Origin: Cyanobacteriota bacterium
GTDB lineage: Bacteria > Cyanobacteriota > Vampirovibrionia > JBFMGH01
DNA: 59,375 nucleotides
Direction: 5' to 3'
NCBI GenBank assembly: GCA_040752795.1
Contig: JBFMGH010000646.1
Coordinates: 1 to 59,375, forward strand
The first letter of the stretch is position 1. Every line of letters starts with the position of its first letter. Below are positions 8,501 to 16,605 of this stretch, piece by piece. A program made the translations under genes and the position numbers. Under the pieces are notes generated by a model, which ran no database searches, had not been told where the DNA came from, and was given only the letters and a program-made list of their open reading frames with translations.

Positions 8501-10004
8501 CATTAAATTTAACGTGACCTTTCAGAGATGTTCTATCTAGGAATATAATTCTCTGGTCAAAGAAATCATCGGCAGTTGTCAATATTGATTTGATTTGTTG
8601 AAGGTCGAGAAGGGTTGAAGATATTTTTAAATGTTCAAATTCTCTTTTTAGAAAGTCAATATTACCGTTTATTTGTAACAGGTTAGTGCTTGTAAGCGGT
8701 ATAAGCCAATTTGTAGCTCTTGCTTTTGACCCATTGAATTTGATTGATCCGTTAATAGGGCTTATTACTATATCTGGTGACAGTGTAATTGAGTAATAAT
8801 ATAAATTTACATCACCATAAAGTAGAGGTTTCTTTAGAGAACCTTTTATTTCTAGATTAACTTTTGTTTTACCTTTTATTTTGCATTCATTTATTTTGTC
8901 TATAAAAAGTTTCGTTTCTGGTAAATAGGGTATAAGTGAATAGAACCTGTCTATATTGAAGTTATTGGAGTTTACTTTAAGATCAAAATTGGGGTTATCT
9001 TTTTGCCATTTGTCTATTCTTCCTTCTGCTTCAATAGGAACGTTGTTGATATCTGACTTTAGTTTATAAAGGTCTATTTTATTATTGGCTATATTTGTTT
9101 TTAGTTCCAGGTTTCCATTTTTAGCGTTTATTTTTAGCTCTGGAAATATTAGAGGCTCTTTTACGTTTAGTTTATTAAATATTTCCAGCCTTTTATTTTT
9201 AATTTTAAAGTTGAATTCGGTATCAAATTTCCCTTTTAAGTCTTTGTATGTCAGGTATGGTACAAATGTTTCAAGGTTCAGATTTTGAAGATAGCCTTTT
9301 AAGTAGAATCCATTGGAGAAGAGGTCTTTCTTGACTGGTATACTTATGTAGGTATCAAGGTCATATATTGTTTCGTTATTGAGTATACCTTTTAATTGAA
9401 CTTTAAGCTTTTTGTTTTCAGTGTAATTAGTGATCTTTATATATTCTCCTTTAAGGTTTAGTTTGTATTGAGGAGATATAACTTTATCGATTACCTGAAT
9501 GGAATAGTTTTTTATGAAAGCCTTAGAGCCTCTAAACTTTATGAAATATTTATCTTCTGGAAGCGGTGGTTTAATAATATCTTCCAGATCAAGTTTTATT
9601 TCCTGTTCTCTAACGGTATAAAGTTTTAAATTATCAGCTTTTAAATTTTTAATAACAATATCTTTGAAAAGCAAAGGTAAAATAGCAAACTTACATTTTA
9701 TGTTATCTGCATAAAACAGGTGTTTCCCATCTTTATGTGTAGCTTTTATAGAGTCAACAGTAATAACAATGCCACCGGTAACAGGTAATTCAAGCCCTAG
9801 TTTACCAATTTCTACATTACCTTCTATCCTTCTGTCAAGTTGTGCAAGTTCAAGAATTTTATTTTTGTATTGATTAATGTTAATTAGAGGTGGTAAGACA
9901 AATGTATAGATAGAAAGTAGAACAGCAATACATATAGCTATAGTAACAATTTCTTTTTTTCTGGATTTAGCTAGGTCCAGTATATTTTCAGATTTTATTG
10001 ACAT
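5562..10004 (-). CDS. AsmA/TamB-like giant envelope protein (N-terminal anchor, long beta-rich body)
   Basis: 1480-aa ORF. It has an N-terminal TM anchor (IVTIAICIAVLLSIYTFVL), hundreds of residues of repetitive beta-strand-like N/K/I/G-rich sequence, and a C-terminal AsmA-like tail. Size and architecture match the AsmA/TamB family. Confidence 0.6.
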   Translation of the reverse strand: MSIKSENILDLAKSRKKEIVTIAICIAVLLSIYTFVLPPLININQYKNKILELAQLDRRIEGNVEIGKLGLELPVTGGIVITVDSIKATHKDGKHLFYADNIKCKFAILPLLFKDIVIKNLKADNLKLYTVREQEIKLDLEDIIKPPLPEDKYFIKFRGSKAFIKNYSIQVIDKVISPQYKLNLKGEYIKITNYTENKKLKVQLKGILNNETIYDLDTYISIPVKKDLFSNGFYLKGYLQNLNLETFVPYLTYKDLKGKFDTEFNFKIKNKRLEIFNKLNVKEPLIFPELKINAKNGNLELKTNIANNKIDLYKLKSDINNVPIEAEGRIDKWQKDNPNFDLKVNSNNFNIDRFYSLIPYLPETKLFIDKINECKIKGKTKVNLEIKGSLKKPLLYGDVNLYYYSITLSPDIVISPINGSIKFNGSKARATNWLIPLTSTNLLQINGNIDFLKREFEHLKISSTLLDLQQIKSILTTADDFFDQRIIFLDRTSLKGHVKFNVDLLGDFFKPDIKGNLFINASNIVLRGFDNPINEIKGNIAFDNANIDSRDINVSLGNNSNISIKGIYDFHDQKFKGINIFSEKLRLNQLQDMLFAALIDLRISIKELEKFQLTGFTTADINLKGTIENPELYGQAILSNAKILDNSTKIAVENINGQISFNKLINLNNLNATIANNSIKISGVGSLDGQGEIKVDLPGFNLKDIKTLALKLNIFTPEEKEFVETAKFSGKVNGNIGLVLKNNNIIPSAHINLEKTHVIHPLLHDDIAVEKGIIELANQNIKIRDLTVLTSGSTFVISGSMEDLANLNPNYAFEAKSKNITYDLMKNVSSHPFAPKGLKELITSIKGTSGKASLDIKTKNEQFDINVDLNDFAIQAIQLDKPIKDISGHIQLSNHLISLKNLNIAYGDSNILIDGGFKNLTKPNPYIDIKINGKLSPLSFNEFYTQEVQNNLVFSEPIDFNGHAKGNMKDWDIQFESNIPENAKIELKGMFQKPANIPIKLLVDGKGTTKYIDIDRILFQVGNSIFNANGFLEYSEEDFIVIDNLKIQIPEINLDEINQFLAKGLLTDNLTGKIQSDLTISGTAFNPDIYGFINFLKVSLPVFKTKDISFNIDIEGEKANIKDAYLNVNGIIFEISTHINNFKKFPIELSNLQIHSPSLSLTNLLDSISEKTKDVEFDTLPIMIKNGYLSIDDAIIDKLITSNLSGNIALCSDGLFQLNNIELNTAGGSATGSLYVNLLEDTLGAQLQIAGVKANAAATVLLDLPNEIFGDLYTTVVFNSRGNNYDQILANAEGQASLIINDGSFSRLGTMEHLLRASNIIGGGVTGLNLNNIIASIVPMHTGKFEQLTGDFNVKEGILHTDNLITRGKNLSLEISGEYNIYTEDADLNIKGNLSRNVSGLLGPLGNLNIDTLTDFIPGLGFIPGLGREKKRLGLLDFIPGLSFIPGFGGPKSDKVRKFAVELQGKIYKLSSVKNFRWTR

Positions 10005-10013
10005 AGTTTCGGT

Positions 10014-10775
10014 TTATTCTGCGATCTTTAGTTCTTTAAGTATATTCATATGCCAGGATTCATGCTTCTGTATAATTATATCAGCACCTCTTGTCTTTAT
10101 TTTTTTGAGAGATTTCTTATCTTTAATAGGTAATATTAAAGTAACAATAACTGTATCAGTATGACATATTTCGGTAGCTTTTCTTAAAGCTTCAACTAGC
10201 ATAAGGTCATGTTCGGCTACAGATTGCATGTCAAAAAGAATGCAGTCATATTCTTTTTCTTTCAGTTCTGCAATAGCTTCGGAGTAACTTTTAACAGATG
10301 TAACCTGACATCCAAATTTCTGGAACAAGATTTTCAACTGGTGCATTATTAGGCCAATATTAGCAATAATAAGTATAGAGTTAATATTTCCTTTAACCTC
10401 TCTTGGCTTAGAGTTTTTCTCGTCATCCTCTTCGGAGCTTTTTGTCGGTCTTTGTTTTTTATTTTCATCTTTTGTATCTTCTTTAGAATCTTCCGAGGAT
10501 CCGGTAGTTTTAGAATCCTGTAATTTGTGTTTTAAATCAGCTTTTTGAGTTTTTAATTCTTCTATTTTCTTTTCACTATCGTCAGCTTGTTCTTTGAGTT
10601 TTCCTATTTGTTCTTTAAGTTTAATCAACACTTCTTTTACTCTTCCAGAAGAGCGTTCAATAAATTCACTTGTAATTACTTCGGGAATTTCAAGGCCAGA
10701 TAGCTCACAAAAAGTGGCTATATTTTTGATTGTTTCTGAATCTAATTCAAGTTTTATATTTTTATTTTCCGACAT
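10014..10775 (-). CDS. Coiled-coil protein with a C-terminal receiver-like (pseudo-REC) domain
   Basis: 253-aa ORF. The charged coiled-coil N-terminal half is followed by a CheY-like alpha/beta pattern: SILIIANIG ... DCILFDMQ ... VIVTLILP ... IIIQKH. The usual DD pair after beta1 is replaced by AN. Confidence 0.55.
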   Translation of the reverse strand: MSENKNIKLELDSETIKNIATFCELSGLEIPEVITSEFIERSSGRVKEVLIKLKEQIGKLKEQADDSEKKIEELKTQKADLKHKLQDSKTTGSSEDSKEDTKDENKKQRPTKSSEEDDEKNSKPREVKGNINSILIIANIGLIMHQLKILFQKFGCQVTSVKSYSEAIAELKEKEYDCILFDMQSVAEHDLMLVEALRKATEICHTDTVIVTLILPIKDKKSLKKIKTRGADIIIQKHESWHMNILKELKIAE

Positions 10776-10861
10776 AAGAGTTTACTAAAGTGTATTATTG
10801 CATGTATATTTTACTCTAAAAATATTTAAATTAGATCTAATCAGAGTGATTTGTGAACAAA

Positions 10862-10907
10862 AAAATATAGATAAAAATGCAATAGAGGGGCTTTTTAAAA
10901 GCCCCCC
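10862..10907 (-). terminator. Rho-independent terminator after the oxidoreductase operon
   Basis: The palindrome GGGGCTTTTTAAAAGCCCC at 10887-10906 lies 20 nt downstream of the delta-subunit stop. On the minus strand it is followed by a U-rich tract (UCUAUUGCAUUUUUAUCUAUAUUUUU). Confidence 0.55.
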
Positions 10908-10926
10908 TAGATGCAAAATAAAATAA

Positions 10927-11199
10927 TTATTTTTCAATCCTGATAGCTCTATCAGGACATATTGTTTCACACATTCCGCAAGCAACACAGAGATCTGGGT
11001 TAGGTTCTACAGCAGGAGTAGCGTAGATACCAACTTCTTTAGACCACTGTAAGCATTTTTCGCCTTTAGCGTTAACAGGGCATTTAATTATACAAAGGCC
11101 GCAACCTTTACACATTGATGTGTATAGATAGTAAGTGGCTTCATTGTTTTTTCCACAGCCTTTGAAAACCATGCCTTTATGTTGCAATTTAACAGTCAT
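10927..11199 (-). CDS. 2-oxoacid:ferredoxin oxidoreductase delta subunit (2x[4Fe-4S] ferredoxin)
   Basis: 90-aa ORF with two cluster motifs, CKGCGLCIIKCP and CVACGMCETICP. It is the last gene of the OFOR operon. Confidence 0.8.
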   Translation of the reverse strand: MTVKLQHKGMVFKGCGKNNEATYYLYTSMCKGCGLCIIKCPVNAKGEKCLQWSKEVGIYATPAVEPNPDLCVACGMCETICPDRAIRIEK

Positions 11200-11220
11200 T
11201 ATATATTCCTCCCTGGGAAA

Positions 11221-11787
11221 TTATACTTGAGCTGGTGATTTAATAAGGTTCATGCCTTCTTCAAGAGCTTTGAAGTTAAGTTCTCTCAGTTCAGGCTTAT
11301 CTTTAAACTTGCTGCCAAAAGCATCTTCAATAGCTTTTTTACAGCTATCTACTTGGATGATGCCGGTAGCTTTAACGATAACTCCAAGAATAATCATGTT
11401 GAATACCCTTGGGCTAAGGTCTTCTAAAGCCATTTTGGTAGCAGGAATGCCGATAATGTCTTTAGCTTTGAATGTTGGTTTTGTTTCACAGACGGAAGTG
11501 TCATAAATAACGATACTTTTGTCTGGGTCAACATATTGAGCACAGCGTTCGAGGGCTCTATCTGACAACATGATTACTATATCGCCTTTAGCAAATTTAG
11601 CTTCACCAATGGGGTCATCAGATATTTGAGAGAAAGCAATACTAACTCCGCCACGTTGCTCAATACCAAAGTTAGGAATATAGATAACATTTTTATTTTC
11701 AAGATAAGCGGCTTCAACAAGGATTTTAGCAATAGCCTGAACGCCTTGCCCACCTTCTCCGCCTAATGCTATTCTAGAGCGAGCCAT
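11221..11787 (-). CDS. 2-oxoacid:ferredoxin oxidoreductase gamma subunit
   Basis: 188-aa ORF. IALGGEGGQGVQAIAKILVEAA matches the gamma-subunit signature GxGGQG. Its start overlaps the beta-subunit stop. Confidence 0.85.
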   Translation of the reverse strand: MARSRIALGGEGGQGVQAIAKILVEAAYLENKNVIYIPNFGIEQRGGVSIAFSQISDDPIGEAKFAKGDIVIMLSDRALERCAQYVDPDKSIVIYDTSVCETKPTFKAKDIIGIPATKMALEDLSPRVFNMIILGVIVKATGIIQVDSCKKAIEDAFGSKFKDKPELRELNFKALEEGMNLIKSPAQV

Positions 11788-12554
11788 TATTTTACTCCTT
11801 TAACTTCTTCTGGTACTTTAAGTTCTCCAACTTTGTAGAATGATTCCATTTCTTTGAGTCTTTCCCATGTGTCTACGTTGTTAGTTCTCCAGTTAAGAGG
11901 ACATAAGGAAAGTACTTCAACAAATGAAAAACCTCTACCATCAGCAACATTAGTCAGTGCTCTTTTCAAAAAGGTTTTAAGCTGTCTTAGGTTGTTGACG
12001 GAGCCTCTTGCTACGTAGTTGAGTTTTTCATCAGTAATAGAAGCAACCATTTCTGGCCCTAAGAAAGGCTTGCCATGAGCTTCAATATCACGACCGTAAG
12101 GTGTGGTTTCGGTTTTTTGTCCTGGTAAAGTTGTAGGTGCCATCTGGCCACCTGTCATACCATAGTTAGTGTTGTTGACCAGTAAAACCATCATTTTTTC
12201 ATTTCTTGTGGCAGCATTAACCAGGTGTTGAGCGCCGATAGCATAACCACCGCCGTCACCCATATAAGCAATACCAACGGTTCCTGGAACTGCTCTGGTA
12301 ATACCGTAGATTACTGGAGTTGTTCTGCCGTGGTGTGTTTGGACAGAATCAACTGACATGAAATTCCATGCAAGTAAGCTACAGCCTATATCACAACCAA
12401 AAACGGATCTTTCTTTTAATTCTAATTCGTCAATAGCGAATCCTAAGGTGTTTAAAGTTATACCGTGTCCGCAACCAGGGCAGAATTTGCTTGGACCAAT
12501 TTCACAGTTAACAGCGTCTGCCTGTTTAGGAGGTATATCTAAAATCTGTACCAT
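11787..12554 (-). CDS. 2-oxoacid:ferredoxin oxidoreductase beta subunit (TPP-binding)
   Basis: FCPGCGHG and GDGGGYAIGAQHLVNAA are TPP/cluster motifs. I trimmed the start to Met31 (ATG at 12552-12554, GGAGAT 6 nt upstream), because the longer track ORF overlaps the alpha subunit. Confidence 0.85.
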   Translation of the reverse strand: MVQILDIPPKQADAVNCEIGPSKFCPGCGHGITLNTLGFAIDELELKERSVFGCDIGCSLLAWNFMSVDSVQTHHGRTTPVIYGITRAVPGTVGIAYMGDGGGYAIGAQHLVNAATRNEKMMVLLVNNTNYGMTGGQMAPTTLPGQKTETTPYGRDIEAHGKPFLGPEMVASITDEKLNYVARGSVNNLRQLKTFLKRALTNVADGRGFSFVEVLSLCPLNWRTNNVDTWERLKEMESFYKVGELKVPEEVKGVK

Positions 12555-12576
12555 TGTGATCTCCTTTTTTGTCACA

Positions 12577-13680
12577 TTATGTTGTAACAAGATTTTTTTG
12601 CATTTGTTTGACTTTTTGTACAATATCTTCTCCAACGATACCATATCCAGGTCTGTAGTATGTATCGTATGGTGTTGTTAAGCCATACATCTGTTCTAAA
12701 CAGATTCTAGCTAATTGTCCTAAAGCGGACTCTGTAAACAGAACTTGTTTAGCCCTTGATACGGCTTCTCTTAAAGGTTTAACAGCGAGAGGTCTAAGAG
12801 TAACAGGACGGAATAAACCGACTTTAATACCTTCTTCTCTTAAGATATCAACTGCTGTAACAACGCTTCTTGCTACTATACCGTGAGCTATAACGAGAAT
12901 TTCAGCATCGTCTGCTTTGTAAGTATAATATTCTTCGATTTCTGGAGCGATTCTATCGAAATCTTTTTGATAGTCTTCCATGGCTTCCAGTAGTTCTTCT
13001 TCAACACTGAAAGCATTTCTTATATGGCATGGAGGTCTATCAACGCCTGGTCTTCCTTTAGCACGGACATAAGGATCTGTAGGAACCATTGTGATGCCAC
13101 GTGATGCAGGGTCGTAGCATACAACAGGTTCTCTCATTTTGCCTTGATAACCATCTGCTAAAACATAAGTTGGATAACGATATTTCCAGGCAGTGTTGAA
13201 TGATTTAATTGTATAGTCATATAAGTCCTGGTTGCTCCAGGTTGAATAAACAATTCTGAAACCTTCACCATTGCCACCGAATACTGCCAAAGTTGTTTCT
13301 TGTTGACTGTAAATAACTGTAGCAGTGCTTGGACCACCTCTGGCAAGTACAACATATACTGCGGGTAGTCTCATCATTTCTGCCATACTCATGGCATCTT
13401 GCATTATAACGTGACCTGGGCCAGCGGTAGCTGTAAATGCTCTTTTACCTGCAACAACACCGCCCAGGGTTGCGAAACCAGCAGAAATTTCATCTTCTGT
13501 TTGTAAGAATAAAGCGCCGGTTTTAGGAAGTAATTTTGCCCATGTGTGCATTACTTCGTTTTGAGGAGTAATAGGGTAGCCGTACATAATGTCTGCCTGA
13601 GCAGCTACTGCTGCATAGGCTACCGTTTCGTTCCCTGTCATGAAGAGCTTTGTGTCTTCAGTGATTAGCTTATTTACCAT
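12577..13680 (-). CDS. 2-oxoacid:ferredoxin oxidoreductase alpha subunit
   Basis: 367-aa ORF. LFMTGNETVAYAAVAAQADIMYGYPITPQNEV is the conserved alpha-subunit N-terminus. It is the first gene of the operon. Confidence 0.85.
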   Translation of the reverse strand: MVNKLITEDTKLFMTGNETVAYAAVAAQADIMYGYPITPQNEVMHTWAKLLPKTGALFLQTEDEISAGFATLGGVVAGKRAFTATAGPGHVIMQDAMSMAEMMRLPAVYVVLARGGPSTATVIYSQQETTLAVFGGNGEGFRIVYSTWSNQDLYDYTIKSFNTAWKYRYPTYVLADGYQGKMREPVVCYDPASRGITMVPTDPYVRAKGRPGVDRPPCHIRNAFSVEEELLEAMEDYQKDFDRIAPEIEEYYTYKADDAEILVIAHGIVARSVVTAVDILREEGIKVGLFRPVTLRPLAVKPLREAVSRAKQVLFTESALGQLARICLEQMYGLTTPYDTYYRPGYGIVGEDIVQKVKQMQKNLVTT

Positions 13681-13939
13681 AGCCCTTACCTTTAATTATT
13701 CTAGTAACTAACGCATCTCTATAAATGTACTATAAACATGATTCATTTGTAAAATAAAATTAATAAAGCTGTATTTTTGTCTAATATACTTTTTTCTAGT
13801 GTGGTTCAATTGTTTACTACAATAGTAACTAATTTTGCTGCTATGCTTGTCTCTGTAATGCTTATAACTAAACAACTTATCAATTTGTTGACATGGACAG
13901 TATAATAATTTAAGTGCGAATAATAGTTGGTGTTTATAA

Positions 13940-15094
13940 TTGAACTCAATTTTATATTTAGTGTTTTGCAGGTTTAAATCAAGAAAATTTCAGAATACAA
14001 TATCTTTTCTGGTTGTATCTCTTTGTGTATCAGTTCTTATTATTGCTTTATCTCTTTCAAATGGCTTTGAAAAAACATTAATTGATAAGTTAATAGTTGC
14101 GTCTCCACATGTTACGATGATTGGAGATTATAATAACTTGAAAATACCACAAAAAGATCTGATTAGTAATGATATTAATATTGCTCAAGTTCAGTCATTA
14201 TCAATAAACCCTGATAATAATCAGGTTCAAGGGGTTCTATTAAGAGGGACATATCCTGATAAAATACCAGATTTATTTGGCGGAAAGGATATATTAGAAT
14301 TAGGTAAATTCCCAGTTTCTGGAGAAGCAATTATAGGTAATAAATTGGCAGAAACCTGTAATTTATCAGTAGGAGATACAGTAAAGATATTGACAGGCCC
14401 TGCTGTATCAACAGAGTTTAAGGTTAGTGGCATTTTTAAAGTTGGCCTTTATGACTTTGATTCAAACGTTATTATAGCACCATATAAAGATATTGAATAT
14501 TTAACACCTGAAGAAGGAGAAGGTATAGCAGCAGATGTTAATACTTTTAGAGCTTTATGGCTTAAAAAACCTATGGAGTCAAAATTATTTGCTGAGAAAA
14601 TTTCAGCCCTGAACCCAGGTATAATAACTAGCAACTGGCAAGATGATAATAAAAGCCTTATAGATGCAATAGCTGTAGAAAAAAAGGTGATATTTATTGT
14701 GCTATTACTATTAGTAGTAGCTGCTTCAGTCGCTATTGCTAATTCTCAGTTTATACAGATAGTTTCTCAGCAAGAACAAATAGCCATACTTTCTTCTATT
14801 GGGTTTACAAGCAGGCATGTATTATTTACATTCGTATTAGAGGGGCTTTTAATAGCTTTGATAGGTTCAGTGTTAGGTTTATTAATAGCATTAGGAGTTG
14901 TAGCATATATAGCTAACTTCCCATTAAACTTGCCTATGGATGTTTATCAGGTTGAAAGTATACCAGTTGAATTAAAATATTCTGATGTGGTAATAACATC
15001 TCTTTGCGCTATTGTAATGGTATGTTTGTCGAGTATTGTACCTGCTTATTATGCTTCAAGATTAGATCCTGTTGAGGTTCTAAGAAGAGCTTAA
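13940..15094 (+). CDS. LolC/LolE-type lipoprotein-release permease (MacB periplasmic domain plus FtsX)
   Basis: 384-aa ORF with a TTG start. The N-terminal TM with LSLSNGFEKTLIDKLIVASPHVTM is followed by a periplasmic domain and three C-terminal TMs, ending in the FtsX-type tail YYASRLDPVEVLR. Confidence 0.75.
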   Translation: MNSILYLVFCRFKSRKFQNTISFLVVSLCVSVLIIALSLSNGFEKTLIDKLIVASPHVTMIGDYNNLKIPQKDLISNDINIAQVQSLSINPDNNQVQGVLLRGTYPDKIPDLFGGKDILELGKFPVSGEAIIGNKLAETCNLSVGDTVKILTGPAVSTEFKVSGIFKVGLYDFDSNVIIAPYKDIEYLTPEEGEGIAADVNTFRALWLKKPMESKLFAEKISALNPGIITSNWQDDNKSLIDAIAVEKKVIFIVLLLLVVAASVAIANSQFIQIVSQQEQIAILSSIGFTSRHVLFTFVLEGLLIALIGSVLGLLIALGVVAYIANFPLNLPMDVYQVESIPVELKYSDVVITSLCAIVMVCLSSIVPAYYASRLDPVEVLRRA

Positions 15095-15711
15095 TAATAG
15101 TGATAATGCCATACGTAGTTAAAGTGTAGCAATTTCTCACAGATAATAAGCAATATTAGCATATTGATACTAAAGACTACTGTACTTATAAAAAATATTA
15201 ATAGGTTAGCTAAAACATTTCCACGAAATACTTTGCCTGGTGATAAATCTTTAAAGACCACGGATGTTGCACTATACATAATCATAATAAAATATATAAA
15301 CGGTAATGATTTAACCAGCACAATTATTAATGAGTCACGTATTGGTAAACAGCTTAATGACATTATAGGTAATAATGCAATCATTAAGTATGAAGCTGTT
15401 TTAAAACATATTTTAAATGAAACATTAGATTTATATAGCTTACTGAAGATTAAAAATATTGTTAAAGCTATAAAGAATGTGTGGGGTATGACAGATATTG
15501 GAGAAAAAAGTAAAAAAATAAAAGCTGAAAAGGTTTTTAAAATGTTAGCGAATATGGCATAAAACCAGGCACTTAATATTAGATAGCATATTAGCTGGAA
15601 ACAATTAAGATCCAGGTTTTTGAAAGTCTTTGTAGGAAAAAGAAGTGTGTTGTATATGATTTTAAAATAAGTTTTTAAGTCTGTATTATAAGAATTTTCT
15701 GAGTCAGTCAT
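15091..15711 (-). CDS. Polytopic membrane protein, Yip1-like
   Basis: 206-aa ORF with about 5 hydrophobic helices. The N-terminal LLFPTKTFKNL resembles the Yip1-domain lead-in. Family assignment is weak. Confidence 0.4.
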   Translation of the reverse strand: MTDSENSYNTDLKTYFKIIYNTLLFPTKTFKNLDLNCFQLICYLILSAWFYAIFANILKTFSAFIFLLFSPISVIPHTFFIALTIFLIFSKLYKSNVSFKICFKTASYLMIALLPIMSLSCLPIRDSLIIVLVKSLPFIYFIMIMYSATSVVFKDLSPGKVFRGNVLANLLIFFISTVVFSINMLILLIICEKLLHFNYVWHYHYY

Positions 15712-15768
15712 GATAAGTTAACCAGATTAAACTAATTTTAAGCTTCATTCTAGCATGTAATAAGATAT

Positions 15769-15855
15769 GTTATACCAATACACGAAAAGAAACATTATAT
15801 TGCTTAAATTTGCTGCAGGATGTTCCCCATCGAAACGGTTAAAATACCCACCTTT
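15769..15855 (+). repeat. Intergenic repeat element, copy B (degenerate, left hairpin arm missing)
   Basis: The first 18 nt (TTATACCAATACACGAAA) are identical to copy A, and the next ~25 nt are similar. The GCTGCAGG loop remnant is retained, while the GGTGTTTTTGC arm is absent. Confidence 0.6.
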
Positions 15856-15953
15856 ATATTTCCTTAAATCTATAATTGCCTTCCAGGAATGCTATAGGTG
15901 AATGACAGAAATCTATGAGCATTATGTGTGGCTGATTTGTGCTCTTCTGAGAC

Positions 15954-15978
15954 TAAAAAGAAACCTTTATCAGGTTTC
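15954..15978 (-). terminator. Rho-independent terminator after the 16006..16605 gene
   Basis: The minus strand reads GAAACC-UGAUAAA-GGUUUC followed by UUUUUAG, about 28 nt downstream of the stop. Confidence 0.6.
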
Positions 15979-16005
15979 AATTTAGTAAATATTTATTTAA
16001 AAATT

Positions 16006-16605
16006 CTATATAACTTTATTTAATGTTGGCCTAAAGCCTGGATCAGGAGTCATATTAAGTGCTGGTGAAAACTTCATAGTACTGTTGTCTTTTTTTCCTT
16101 GCTCCTGGTTGAGCATTTGTTTACGTGTAATTTGAACATTTAACCATGGTATGAATAGACCAAGTATTGCTATTGCGACAGCCATACCTATAACAAATAC
16201 AGTAGACTTATTGCGCATCAGGTCTTTATAGTTTTTAGGATCTATAGTATCTTTTAAAGCTTTTAGATCGTCGAATGAGCGGACTCTGTATTTTGTTAAA
16301 GGATTCAACATGCTTAAGAAGCTTTTTTGAGACCCTGGTCCTTTTATTAGTGATACTCCATTGGCGGAGCTTGGTGTTAATTTATCTAAAACATAACCTA
16401 CAACGTTTTGAATTACAGATGCACCATAGAAGAATGTAACCCAGCCAGGTATGTCTCTTGTAGCAACTTCTCTAAGCTCTTCTTTGCTTCTGGCTGCACC
16501 AATTCTTGCTCCTACTGTTCCGGCATAAAGCCCCTTCATCATATTTGTAGAAGGTAAAGATGTGCTGAAATCTACAGCGTGTACTAATCCATTAATTATA
16601 CTCAT
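16006..16605 (-). CDS. Hypothetical membrane protein (second gene of a coupled pair)
   Basis: 199-aa ORF. Its ATG overlaps the upstream stop (ATGA, 16602-16605). It has one clear TM (VFVIGMAVAIAILGLFIPWL). No family recognised. Confidence 0.5.
   Translation of the reverse strand: MSIINGLVHAVDFSTSLPSTNMMKGLYAGTVGARIGAARSKEELREVATRDIPGWVTFFYGASVIQNVVGYVLDKLTPSSANGVSLIKGPGSQKSFLSMLNPLTKYRVRSFDDLKALKDTIDPKNYKDLMRNKSTVFVIGMAVAIAILGLFIPWLNVQITRKQMLNQEQGKKDNSTMKFSPALNMTPDPGFRPTLNKVI

Noticed and set aside
10785-10988. 67-aa minus-strand ORF between the receiver-like gene and the ferredoxin subunit
   Set aside because: It overlaps the 3' end of the delta-subunit CDS in another frame and spans the terminator palindrome at 10887-10906. 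It has no RBS and an AT-rich, low-complexity translation.
12555-12644. N-terminal extensions of track ORFs: beta subunit to 12644, GH38 to 33337 and GGDEF protein to 42709
   Set aside because: The extensions overlap upstream genes or the divergent promoter region and encode non-conserved sequence. Internal Met codons with an SD restore canonical family N-termini (MVQILDIPP, MSKQTKVYVYIHTHWDREW, MKGKILIIDDS).
13888-13906. TTGACA ... TATAAT pair upstream of the LolC/E-like gene
   Set aside because: Both hexamers match the consensus perfectly, but they are only 7 nt apart, so they cannot work together as a -35/-10 pair. I do not call a promoter here.
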